Notes: generated by a model from the sequence alone, not told the origin. DNA of 64,000 bases from Octopus sinensis (GCF_006345805.1 NC_043020.1:12958001-13022000); one strand, 5' to 3'; counted from the first letter of the stretch, positions 1-12,529 are shown. Translations and numbers: made by a program.

Positions 1-46
1 ATGACGATGACGATGATAATAATAATAATAATAATAATATGATGAT

Positions 47-88
<42 letters not shown>

Positions 89-121
89 GATGATGATGAT
101 GATATAATAATAATAATAATA

Positions 122-173
<52 letters not shown>

Positions 174-205
174 CGATGATGATAATAATAATAATAATAA
201 TAATA

Positions 206-260
<55 letters not shown>

Positions 261-386
261 CGATGATGATAATAATAATAATAATGAATGATGATGATGA
301 TGATGATGATGATGATGTGATGATGATGATGATGATTGATGATGATGATGATGATGACGACGACGATGATAATAATAATAATAATA

Positions 387-423
<37 letters not shown>

Positions 424-446
424 CGATGATAATAATAATAATAATA

Positions 447-489
<43 letters not shown>

Positions 490-518
490 CGATGATAATA
501 ATAATAATAATAATAATA

Positions 519-573
<55 letters not shown>

Positions 574-602
574 CGATGATGATAATAATAATAATAATAA
601 TA

Positions 603-660
<58 letters not shown>

Positions 661-668
661 CGATGATG

Positions 669-751
<83 letters not shown>

Positions 752-767
752 AATAATAATAATAATA

Positions 768-808
<41 letters not shown>

Positions 809-830
809 AATAATAATAATAATAATAATA

Positions 831-864
<34 letters not shown>

Positions 865-869
865 CGATG

Positions 870-955
<86 letters not shown>

Positions 956-973
956 AATAATAATAAAATAATA

Positions 974-1014
<41 letters not shown>

Positions 1015-1036
1015 AATAATAATAATAATAATAATA

Positions 1037-1073
<37 letters not shown>

Positions 1074-1078
1074 CGATG

Positions 1079-1116
<38 letters not shown>
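1..1116. repeat. Compound (GAT)n/(AAT)n microsatellite
   Basis: Alternating GAT and AAT blocks, often with a GAC variant just before each AAT block. Confidence 0.97.
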
Positions 1117-2007
1117 CTGAGACCCAAGGCTAGCAATTTTAGTGTAGTGGGGGACTTAATTATATTAACCTCAGTGCTCAGCTTCTTATTAACTCCAAAA
1201 GGATGAAAGGCAAAGTTGACCTTGGTAGAATTTGAACTCAGAATGTAAAGATACCCTTTACACTTTTACTCTCTTTTACTTGTTTCAGTCATTAGTCTGT
1301 GGCCAAGCTGGAGTGCTGCCTTGAAGAATTTTACTCAAACAAATCGACCTCAGTACTTACTCTTTTACTTGTTTCAGTCATTGACTGCGGCCATGCTGGA
1401 GCACCGCCTTTAGTCGAGCAAATCGACCCCGGGACTTATTCTTTGTAAGCCCAGTACTTATTCTATCGGTCTCTTTTGCCGAACCGCTAAGTGACGGGGA
1501 CGTAAACACACCAGCATCGGTTGTCAAGCAATGCTAGGGGGACAAACACAGACACACAAACACATACACACACATATATATACATATATACGACAGGCTT
1601 CTTTCAGTTTCCGTCTACCAAATCCACTCACAAGGCATTGGTCGGCCCGGGGCTACAGCAGAAGACACTTGCCCAAGATGCCACGCAGTGGGACTGAACC
1701 CGGAACCATGTAGTTGGTTAGCAAGCTACTTACCACACAGCCACTCCTTAATAATGTTTTTTTTTTTTTCAAATTTTGGCAGAAGGCCAACAATTTCAGA
1801 GGAGGTGACAGTGGGGGTGGGTGGGGGGTGGGGTGAATCGATTACATCAACCCCGGTGCTCAACTGGTACTTATTATTTTTTATCGACAACCTAAGGGAT
1901 GAAATTTCAATGTTGCCCTTGGTGGAATTTGAACTCAGACTGTGAAGACATGAAATGCTGCTAAGCATTTTGTCCAGTATACTAACAATTCTGCCAGCTG
2001 TCCATCT

Positions 2008-2031
2008 TAATAATAATGATGATGATGATGG

Positions 2032-2068
<37 letters not shown>

Positions 2069-2227
2069 AATAATATAATAATAATAATAATAATAAAATA
2101 ATAATAATGATGATGATGATGATGATGATGACGATGATAATAATAATAATATAATAATAATAATAATATGATGATGATGATGATGATGATGACGATGACG
2201 ATGATAATAATAATAATAATAATAATA

Positions 2228-2283
<56 letters not shown>

Positions 2284-2302
2284 AATAATAATAATAATAA
2301 TA

Positions 2303-2351
<49 letters not shown>

Positions 2352-2380
2352 CGATGATGATAATAATAATAATAATAATA

Positions 2381-2435
<55 letters not shown>

Positions 2436-2556
2436 CGATGATGATAATAATATATAATAATAATATGATGATGATGATGAGGATGATGATGATGAATGAT
2501 GAATGATGATGATGATGGATGATGATGATGATGATATAATAATAATAATAATAATA

Positions 2557-2593
<37 letters not shown>

Positions 2594-2693
2594 CGATGAT
2601 AATAATAATAATAATAATGATGATGATGATGAATGATGATGATGATGATGATATGATGACGATGATAATATAATAATAATAATAATAATAATA

Positions 2694-2745
<52 letters not shown>

Positions 2746-2799
2746 CGATGATATAATAATAATAATAATAATAATAATGAATGATGATGATGATGATGA

Positions 2800-2836
<37 letters not shown>

Positions 2837-2944
2837 GATGATGATGATGATAATAATAATAATAATATAATAATAATGATGATGATGATATGATGATGAT
2901 GATGATGATGATGATATGATGATGATGATAATAATAATAATAAA

Positions 2945-2985
<41 letters not shown>

Positions 2986-3045
2986 AATAATAATAATAAT
3001 ATAATAATGATGATGATGATGAGGATGATGATGATGATGACGATG

Positions 3046-3118
<73 letters not shown>

Positions 3119-3211
3119 TGATGATGATGATAATAATAATAATAATAATGATGATGATGATGATGATGATGATGGATGATGATGATGATAATAATAATAA
3201 TAATAATAATA

Positions 3212-3249
<38 letters not shown>

Positions 3250-3288
3250 TGATGATAATAATAATAATATAATAATAATAATAATAAT
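2008..3288. repeat. Second compound (GAT)n/(AAT)n microsatellite with many 1-bp indels
   Basis: Same block structure as 1-1116, followed by the same unique flank (TCTGAGACCCAAGGCTAGC...). Confidence 0.95.
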
Positions 3289-3773
3289 CTGAGACCCAAG
3301 GCTAGCAATTTTAGTGTAGTGGGGGACTTAATTATATTAACCTCAGTGCTCAGCTTCTTTTAACTCCAAAAGGATGAAAGGCAAAGTTGACCTTGTAGAA
3401 TTTGAACTCAGAATGTAAAGATACCCTTTACACTTTTACTCTCTTTTACTTGTTTCAGTCATTAGTCTGTGGCCAAGCTGGAGTGCTGCCTTGAAGAATT
3501 TTACTCAAACAAATCGACCTCAGTACTTACTCTTTTACTTGTTTCAGTCATTTGACTGCGGCCATGCTGGAGCACTGCCTTTAGTCGAGCAAATCGACCC
3601 CGGGACTTAATTTTTTTGTAAGCCTAGTACTTATTCTATCGGTCTCTTTAGCCGAACCGGTAAGTTACAGGTACATAAACACACCAGCATCGGTTATCAA
3701 GCGATGTTGGGGGGACAAACACAGACACACAAATATATACACACACACACACACATATATATATCTATATATA

Positions 3774-3811
<38 letters not shown>

Positions 3812-4597
3812 GACAGGCTTCTTTCAGTTTCCATCTACCAAATCCTCCCACAAGGCTTTGGTCAGCCCGAGGCTATAGTAGAAGACACTTGCTCAAGGTG
3901 CCATGCAGTGTGACTGAACCTGGAACTATGTGGTTGGTAAGCAAGCTACTTACCTCACAGCCACTCCTATGCCTATAGATGAAATTCTGCTAAGCATTTT
4001 TCCCAGAAAGCTAACAGGAGTGGCTGTGTGGTAAGTAGCTTGCTAACCAACCACATGGTTCCGGGTTCAGTCCCACTGCGTGGCATCTTGGGCAAGTGTC
4101 TTCTGCTATAGCCCCGGGCCGACCAATGCCTTGTGAGTGGATTTGGTAGACGGAAACTGAAAGAAGCCTGTCGTATATATGTATATATATATATGTGTGT
4201 GTGTGTGTATTTGTGTGTCTGTGTTTGTCCCCCTAGCATTGCTTGACAACCGATGCTGGTGTGTTTACGTCCCCGTCACTTAGCGGTTCGGCAACAGAGA
4301 CCGATAGAATAAGTACTGGGCTTACAAAGAATAAGTCCTGGGGTCGATTTGTTCGATTAAAGGCGGTGCTCCAGCATGGCCGCAGTCAAATGACTGAAAC
4401 AAGTAAAAGAGTAAAGAGAGAGTAATTCTGTCAGCTCACCACCTTAATTCTGCCAGTAAGAAAACCTGTCCTCTACAGTAGAAGTGTAAAGACCACTTCC
4501 CCTAGTAACAAAAACAAGCAAAATAAACAAAAGAATAAAAAAAAATACACTGCTTATGTGGTCCATAAGAGAAAGTGTATAAACAAACTGAAATGAC

Positions 4598-5010
4598 AGA
4601 CCCTCCATCAGACACCTACCATATTCTGAGCGCCTTGTTTCCCTGGGCATGGATTCACTGAAGCTCCGGCGTCTGGCGACGGACTTGGTAAACACCCACA
4701 AGGTTATCAACCACCTCACCAACAACAACACTGAACACCTTTTTGATCTCCATGTGTCTAACACACGTGGACATGCCTACAAAGTCAGAAAACAACACAG
4801 CTCCCATGACTTTCAGAAACATTTTTTCACGCTCAGAGTTGCTGAAGCATGGAATAAACTGCCTGCGTCAGTTGTTGACTGCCATGACACTGCATCCTTT
4901 AAGGCCCTCATGCTTTCCGAAATCCGCCGAAACTACACCTGATTATATATACACTTTAGATGAGTTGTAGTGCACCTGAGCACTGTACACAATTATTATT
5001 ATTATTATTA
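4598..5010 (+). mobile_element. 5'-truncated CR1-clade LINE (RT C-terminus, 3' UTR and (ATT)n tail)
   Basis: Reads ..LPYSERL..LGMDSLKLRRLATDL...TRGHAYKV...FFTLRVAEAWNKLP, a typical CR1 ORF2 end, and finishes in ATT repeats. Confidence 0.88.
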
Positions 5011-5125
5011 TTTACTCAACATCAGGAAAATGTGTGTAAAATTCTGTTCTTGAAAGCAAGTTTATGAAAGTTGAAAGTTTGGTACTTACATAGAATTGGT
5101 AAAAAGAATGAAACAATGAACTTAC

Positions 5126-5267
5126 CCCCAGCCAGAGTTTGTTCGATCTGAGGCAAACTGAGAATGTCTGCACGGTAATCTGTGTATATGTTACTAACAG
5201 CTACTTGAAATAAATATTTGGTGAAGGGTTTTAAAGGATAAATAACGGTTTCCTTCAGGAAGCTTAC
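5126..5267 (-). CDS. ROS1: ROS1 exon, FN3: VSFLKETVIYPLKPFTKYLFQVAVSNIYTD...QTLAG
   Basis: Acceptor ctctcaatttgcag|, donor G|gtaagt; phase 0 to 1; 142 nt. Confidence 0.9.
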
Positions 5268-5389
5268 CTGCAAATTGAGAGAGAAATTATGGAAGGTTTC
5301 AGATTAAAGTGTACATCATTTATTATAACACAACGAGAATATTGCAAACGTTAAGGACAGATGAAATGCTTTAGCGTGCTAATGATTCT

Positions 5390-6360
5390 TATTTCTTTAT
5401 TGCCCACAAGGGGCTAAACACAGAGGGGACAAACAAGGACAGACAAACGGATTAAGTCGATTATATCGACCCCAGTGTGTAACTGGTACTTAATTTATTG
5501 ATCCCGAAAGAATGAAAGGCAAAATCGACCTCGGCGGAATTTGAACTCAGAACGTAGCGGCAGACGAAATACCTATTTCTTTACTACCCACAAGGGGCTA
5601 AACACAGAGGGGACAAACGAGGACAGACAAAGGGATTAAGTCGATTATATCGACCCCAGTGCATAACTGGTACTTATTTAATTGACCCTGAAAGGATGAA
5701 AGGCAAAGTCGACCTTGGCGGAATTTGAACTCAGAACGTAGCGGCAGACGAAATACCTATTTCTTTACTACCCACAAGGGGCTAAACACAGAGGGGACAA
5801 ACGAGGACAGACAAAGGGATTAAGTTGATTACATCGACCCCAGTGTGTAACTGGTACTTAATTTATTGACCCCGAAAGGATGAAAGGCAAAGTCGACCTC
5901 GGCGGAATTTGAACTCAGAATGTAGCGGCAGACGAAATACCTATTTCTTTACTACCCACAAGGGGCTAAACACAGAGGGGACAAACGAGAACAGACAAAG
6001 GGATTAAGTTGATTACATCAACCCCAGTGTGTAACTGGTACTTAATTTATTGACCCCGAAAGGATGAAAGGCAAAGTCGACCTCGGCGGAATTTGAACTC
6101 AGAACGTAGCGGCAGACGAAATACCTATTTCTTTACTACCCACAAGGGGCTAAACACAGAGGGGACAAACAAGGACAGTCAAACGGATTAAGTCGATTAC
6201 ATCGACCCCAGTGCGTAACTGGTACTTAATTTATTGACCCCGAAAGGATGAAAGGCAAAGTCGACCTCGGCGGAATTTGAACTCAGAACGTAGCGGCAGA
6301 TGAAATACCGCTAAGCATTTTGCCTGGCATGATAACGTTTCTGCCAGCTTACTGCCTTAT
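5390..6360 (-). mobile_element. tRNA-derived SINE (family S2) with 5 tandem 184-bp body units
   Basis: B-box-like GAGTTCAAATTCC recurs at 184-bp spacing (5543, 5727, 5911, 6095, 6279); one 5' head only. Confidence 0.85.
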
Positions 6361-6507
6361 AATGCCATTGTTTGTGCTTCCCCAATTGAACCAAGAAGGA
6401 CAGAATGTAGAATTTACCCTGGTGGAATTTGAACTCAGAATGTAATTACAACAATACTATCATATACTGAACAAAAGTGATACCAAAAACAATAAAGTTT
6501 TACTTAC

Positions 6508-6722
6508 AACTGCATGGCAAGGAATATTCTTTGCACATGAGGCATCGTCCATACCCGGTTTCAGTTCGGTGTAATGTATAGTGTAATTTGTGGTCGGATG
6601 TGAAACATCGTTGCAGTCTTGATGCCATTTGATGTTGGACAGGCGTAAAGTGATGCTGGTATTGGTGCGTGAGGCAACAGTGATGCTGTTATCTTTTGGC
6701 AATGATATCAGGCATTTTTGAT
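6508..6722 (-). CDS. ROS1: ROS1 exon, FN3: DQKCLISLPKDNSITVASRTNTSITLRL...PTTNYTIHYTEL...CHAV
   Basis: Acceptor aaattgcag|, donor GTT|gtaagt; phase 1 to 0; 215 nt. Confidence 0.9.
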
Positions 6723-8207
6723 CTGCAATTTAATAAAATTACGGAGATGTACTCGCATAGCAAGTGACCTGATCTGAGATCGTGTGCTGAAACAAAGACA
6801 ATTGCAGTGTGGAAGGTGTTTGTAAGCCATTTAAGAAACACACAAAAGCCGTTCGATTCACTTCAACATTTAAGTTTAATTTGTCAAAATATTTTTGTCG
6901 CTTTAAGACCGCGACCTGTTCACTGACTGGCAGCATGGATTTTTGTCAAAATTTCTGGCAAAATTAATATTGTGAAAGAGGCTGAGCACTCCACAGACAC
7001 ACATACCCTTAATTTAGTTCTCAGGGAGATTAGCGTGACACAGGATGTGATGTGACAAGGCTGGCTCTTTTAAATACAGACGCTACCATTTTCGCCAGCT
7101 GAGTGGACTGGAACAATGTGAAATAAAGTGGACACAACACACCACCAAGAATTGAACTCTTGACCATAAGGTCGTGAACCAAATACTCTAACCACTAAGG
7201 CACGTATCTTCACAACACACACACACACACACACACGTGCGCGTGCGCACACACACACACACACACACACATACACAAACAGGCGTCTTTCATTTTCTGC
7301 CTTTCAAATCCATTCAGAAAGCATCGGATAAACCTTCAGTCTACTCAGCTGTAAGTGAGTTCCAGTTATAGCTGGGAAGTTAATCCTGTGAGGGACTAGC
7401 AACCTATCCAAGGGGAGTGTTGTAATCTTAGTCACTTATACAGCATAGAAACTGGGTTAAGTCCCAGCCTTACGAGTCCTAGAGCTCACAACAGATCTAA
7501 TGTTAATCAATGTGAGAGGTAGAACACAAATAAACAGAGATAGTGGCTACACTAAGGTTATTGATTTATTTCAGATTCCAATATACTCTTTTTTACTCTT
7601 TTTTTTTTTTTACTCTTTTTACTTGTTTCAGTCATTTGACTGCAGCCATGCTGGAGCACCGCCTTTAGTCGAGCAAATCGACCCCAGGACTTATTCTTTG
7701 TAAACCTAGTACTTATTCTACTTATTCTCTTTTACTCTTTTACTCTTTTACTTGTTTCAGTCATTTGACTGTGGCCATGCTGGAGCACCGCCTTTAGTCA
7801 AGCAAATCGACCCCGGGACTTATTCTTTGTAAGCCCAGTACTTATTCTATCGGTCTCTCTTTTGCCGAACCGTTAAGTTACGGGGACGTACACACACCAG
7901 CATCGGTTGTGAAGCAATGCTAGGGGAACAAACACAGACACACAAACATATTCACACACACTTATATATATATACATATATACGACAGGCTTCTTTCAGT
8001 TTCTGTCTACCAAATCCACTCACAAGGCATTGGTCGGCCCGGGGCTATAGCAGAAGACACTTGCTCAAGATGCCACGCAGTGGGACTGAACCCGGAACCA
8101 TGTGGTTGGTTAGCAAGCTACTTACCAAACAGCCACTCCTGCGCCTATGTGAAACAAAAAAAAAATAAAACATTTTAAAACCAAATTTAAAAATTAAAAT
8201 AACTTAC

Positions 8208-8390
8208 CAGGTAAGGGCTGAAGATGGGATCCAAAGGCAACAATTTTATTAACATTCGATACTTGGTTTTTACGAAGATCTTTCCCATCGTTCTTGCGGA
8301 CGCTATAGATGTTGTTATTATTACCATTATTATTTTTGTTGGACCAATACACTCGTGAGTGGTCTGTAGTTAGGGAATTGAGTGACTCAA
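8208..8390 (-). CDS. ROS1: ROS1 exon: ESLNSLTTDHSRVYWSNKNNNG...IVAFGSHLQPLP
   Basis: Acceptor caatttcag|, donor G|gtaagt; phase 1 to 1; 183 nt. Confidence 0.9.
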
Positions 8391-9164
8391 CTGAAATTGG
8401 GAAAGACAAATGTGTATGAGAATAAATATCTGAGGTCACACATGGATAAAAATTATTAGATAAATCAAGAAAACGCCTCCGGCCTCCATAGCGTTTTTCA
8501 GGAAGATTTGTCCCCCACAGCAGAAGTGTTTATGCTGCATCCCCTGATGAAGAGTCCTGTGCTGGTGACACATAAAAGGTACTCGTACATAGACCCTAGT
8601 GTTCAACTGGTACTTATTTTATTGACCCCGAAGGGAAGAAAAGCAAAATTGACCTCAGCGGAATTTGAACTCAGAACACAAAGACAGCATCCAGTTCCAG
8701 AAACCAAGCCAAATCGGATTGGAACTTGGTGCAGCTCTCCAGCTTGCCAGCTCTGGTCAAACCATCCAACTCATGCCAGCATGGAAAACAGGTGCTAAAG
8801 GATGATGATGATGAGAGGACTACAAGATGGTAATGTACCAAGGCTACAAAGTGATTATATAGAGGGCTGTTTGGCTGAATTGGCAGAACATTGGTCAGAA
8901 TACAATACAGTACATAGCTACAATCTTTATGTTCTGAGTTCAAACCAATGCACATCTATTTCACCTTTCATCCTTCTGAGATCAATAAAAGAACCAAAAA
9001 TTTTTGAAGTCATTAAGAACTTTACCATTCTTTTTTTTTTTTTAGAAATAAAGGTTCCTTGTCTGAGTCTAATAAGGAACCATCCAAGAATAAGATATGT
9101 TTTGGCAATCAGAGATGAAGCCAATAGGAACACTGTATTGATATAAATATGCACAGCTCTCTTA

Positions 9165-9487
9165 AAAGACTCCGCCGGTTACGACGACGAGGGTCCCAGC
9201 TGATACGATCAACGGAACAGCTTGCTCGTGAAATTAACATGCAAATGGCTGAGCATTCCACAGACACGTGTACCCTTAACGTAGTTCTTGGGGATAATCA
9301 GCGTGACACTGAGAGTGACAAGGCTGACCCTTTGAAATACAAGTACAACTCATTTTTGCCAGCTGAGTGGACTGGAGCAACGTGAAATAAAGTGTCTTGC
9401 TCAAGGACACAACGCGTCGCCGGGAATCGAACTCACAACCTTACGATCATGAGCTGAATGCCCTAACCACTAAGCCACGCGCCCTCA
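9165..9487 (-). mobile_element. tRNA-derived SINE, head B + tail X
   Basis: A box TGGCTTAGTGG, B box GAGTTCGATTCCC; tail shared with 22559-22938. Confidence 0.8.
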
Positions 9488-9709
9488 CTAAATATCCACA
9501 GCTAATGATGAAATGATTAACAAACCAGAAAATTATAATTCTTGAAAAAAGTATTGGGATTATGTGTTCATTGATTTCTTAAGGATCAATGAAGAAAAGT
9601 TAAGCCCCATTCACAATTTTCTTGTGGACTTTGGTTATTTTAACTATTTCAATCCATTATATCCTTCCAGGAGAAACATAGGTAATGTGTTGATATCTGA
9701 AATAAATAT

Positions 9710-10060
9710 TAACACTTGTCAAATGGAAATAGTAGTTGTGATACCTGTGCCGGTGGCATGTAAAAAGCACCATCCGAACGTGGCCAGCGCCGCCTTGACT
9801 GGTTTCTGTGCCGGTGGCACATAAAAAGCACCAACCGATCATGGCCGCTGCCAGACGCCCCTGGCACCTGTGCTGGTGGCACGTAAAAAGTACCCACTAC
9901 ACTCACGGAGTGGTTGACATTAGGAAGGGCATCCAGCTGTAGAAACACTGCCAGATCAGATTGGAACCTGGTGCAGCCTCCTGGCTTCCCAGACGCCGGT
10001 CGAATCGTCCAACCCATGCTAGCATGGAAAACGGACGTTAAACGATGATGATGATGATGT
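9710..10060 (+). mobile_element. Retroposon family S3 with (GAT)n tail; related copies near 24960-25515, 25850-26460, 29170-29530(-), 37890-38070, 44000-44120(-), 51770-52030(-), 53470-53645
   Basis: Shared 3' end ...CCAACCCATGCTAGCATGGAAAACGGACGTTAAACGATGATG. Confidence 0.8.
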
Positions 10061-10291
10061 ATAGATCGGTAGGGACTAAATACACACCTGTATTTAGTTC
10101 TCTTGGTTTCAAACAGAAATTTCAATCAGATTCATTTTATCATTTCCCACCTCAGACAATGTTATTCCCAAAGAAAATAAAAACCACAAAAAGACTCATT
10201 TCTGATCTTAATTAGTTCAATGAGCAAGAAAGAAATTAAAAAAAAAAAAAATAACTGCAAATAATATCTAAAAATCTTATCAAATTCTTAC

Positions 10292-10581
10292 ATTCATTCG
10301 AAGTTTGAGAAAACAGCTTCTGACACTGACACCCATCGCTATCGGTTCGCCACAAACTTTTTTCCAGAAGATCAACAAAGTAGATATCATCGTTAGTGTA
10401 ATCAACTCCGAGAGTGCTGTCAATTTTGACATCAGTTGGACACTGACAGTTTTTTCCGGGGCTTCTTTTATGGAGTCTTGAATGCTGAGCAGGCAATATT
10501 TCAATAACGTCACTTCCATCAGTTCTACTTTTAAAGACTCTGGAATTCTTCATATCTTCGGTTTCAGTCCAGAAGAGGGTG
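10292..10581 (-). CDS. ROS1: ROS1 exon: TLFWTETE...NCQCP...IYFVD...LWRTDSDGCQCQKLF
   Basis: Acceptor ttttgcag|, donor T|gtaaga; phase 2 to 1; 290 nt; GCQC motif as in recalled ROS1. Confidence 0.92.
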
Positions 10582-11246
10582 CTGCAAAAATACAATTCCA
10601 TTTATTTCAATTCATTAAATAGAAATTCAACAGAGGAAAGGAATGAGTTTTCCAAAACAGTCATTCCAGCCATGACACTCTATAAAAAATTGTCTCCGTG
10701 TAAATCTTTATCAAGCTATACATATATACGACGGGCTTCTTTCAGTTTCCGTCTACTAAATCCACTCACAAGGCTTTGGTCAGCCTGAGGCTATAGTAGA
10801 AGACACTTGTCCAAGGTGCCACACAGTGGGACTGAACCCGGAACCATGTAGTTCGTAAGCAAACTACTTACCACACAGCCACTCCTATATATATATTTAT
10901 ATGTATGTATATTTGGAAATTAACTTTTTCATATTTTTAGTACAAAAACAGGAAGTTGATGAATTTTTTTAATTATCTTCTAATCGTTAAAATTCATTAC
11001 AGTTAATATGTAATTATATGAAAATTAATTAACATAGGTGGTATGAATATATTAACAAAAACTCATTATTATAGTGAGGGAAAAAAAAGAAGAAAAATAT
11101 TGGCTAATAATATTTTAATTACTTCAGCAAGCAGGGGAGACAGCTTGGCCATGTTTCAGCCTTATAAAGGTTTCATCAGCAACATCTAAATTTCCTATAG
11201 AAATGATAGAAACATTACTAAGTAAATGAACAAGATTGTAACAAAC

Positions 11247-11419
11247 CTGGTGAAAGGGCTGACTTTCACACTGTAGATGACTCCATTGCCGTGTCGGCGA
11301 ACACATGGAGCTTTGATGTAAATGTTATAACAATGGATCTCTGCTCCAGCTGCGATGTACAGAGTGTGGTCAATCCAGTCGACAGTGAGATCATTGACCT
11401 CTTTTTTAAATTTCTTCAT
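11247..11419 (-). CDS. ROS1: ROS1 exon: MKKFKKEVNDLTVDWIDHTLYIAAG...SVKVSPFT
   Basis: Acceptor tgttgacag|, donor AG|gtttgt; phase 0 to 2; 173 nt. Confidence 0.88.
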
Positions 11420-11497
11420 CTGTCAACATAAACACAAGAATATATAGAATTGACAACATATATATGTGTGCATGTGCATGTGTGTATGTGTGCATGC

Positions 11498-11538
<41 letters not shown>

Positions 11539-11760
11539 GTATATATATATATGTCTATATTTGTATGATGATGATGATGTATATATATATGTATATATAA
11601 TATATATACTTACGTCTATATATGTATATATATATATATATATGTGTGTGTGTGGTGTGTGTATATAAAATTATAATTGAGGGTATCTAAAAGATACCAC
11701 CATGCTAGAGACAGCAGTCAAAACTTGACTCTAAAGCTATATCAAGGTGGTTTTTTCCTA

Positions 11761-11805
<45 letters not shown>

Positions 11806-12516
11806 CTAGCATTTAAGACCCGTCGTTGCTGGGTCATAGTGCTAGTGCATGTATATATGTGTATATATATGTGTACATAATACACGTACATCTATATATA
11901 AACATCTACACATAAAATGCAAAATACAAAGTTATATCTTGATATTGCTAGTGATAACAATACTCAAAATATATAACAAACTGGATTTATCAGCTCTTCT
12001 TTTTTCTCTACATTGTATACTTTATAGACAATAGTCGTTTCTTTAATTTAATTGTTTATTATCCATCTGGACTATTCCATTTCTGCACACTAATTTTATT
12101 TTTAATTTAATTCCCATTCATGTGAAACCACTTATTCAAGTTCAAATCATTGATGCAATTTTATACCAATTGCTATTTTTACTTATATTATACTTTAGTT
12201 TGATTTTAATCATTACTTACTACATATAATTCAATTGTTATTATTATTTTTATTGTTAAAGTGAAAGCATCTGACATAAAATAGAGAAATATTTTTGTTT
12301 CACTTTTAACACGTAATACTGAAATAGTGGAGAAGATATGATATTGCTATGGGCTCGCTCTAGGCAAGAAGTTGAACATTTTTTTTGCCCATGAAACTAC
12401 ATGGACCCTAAGTAAGGCATATGTAAAATTTGAATGAAATTGGTTGTGTAGTTCTCAAGTTTTAGGGAAACACACAGACAGACAGACACACATTCTCAGT
12501 TTTATATATATGAAGA
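11806..12516 (-). mobile_element. Non-autonomous Helitron-like element
   Basis: 5' TC preceded by A (TCTTCATATATATAAAACTG), 3' hairpin GACCC-AGCAACGAC-GGGTC, then CTAG followed by T. Confidence 0.7.
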
Positions 12517-12529
12517 TATATAAATGTAT

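Noticed and set aside
47-3308. Long ORFs of 112-433 aa (poly-M/D/N/I/S/H)
   Set aside because: Translations of GAT/AAT microsatellites; no splice signals or domain content.
6735-6935. Repeat with a hammerhead-like three-way layout (GTCGC/GCGAC stem) just upstream of the 6722 acceptor
   Set aside because: The core reads GTGAACAG and AAAA instead of CUGANGA and GAAA; too divergent to call.
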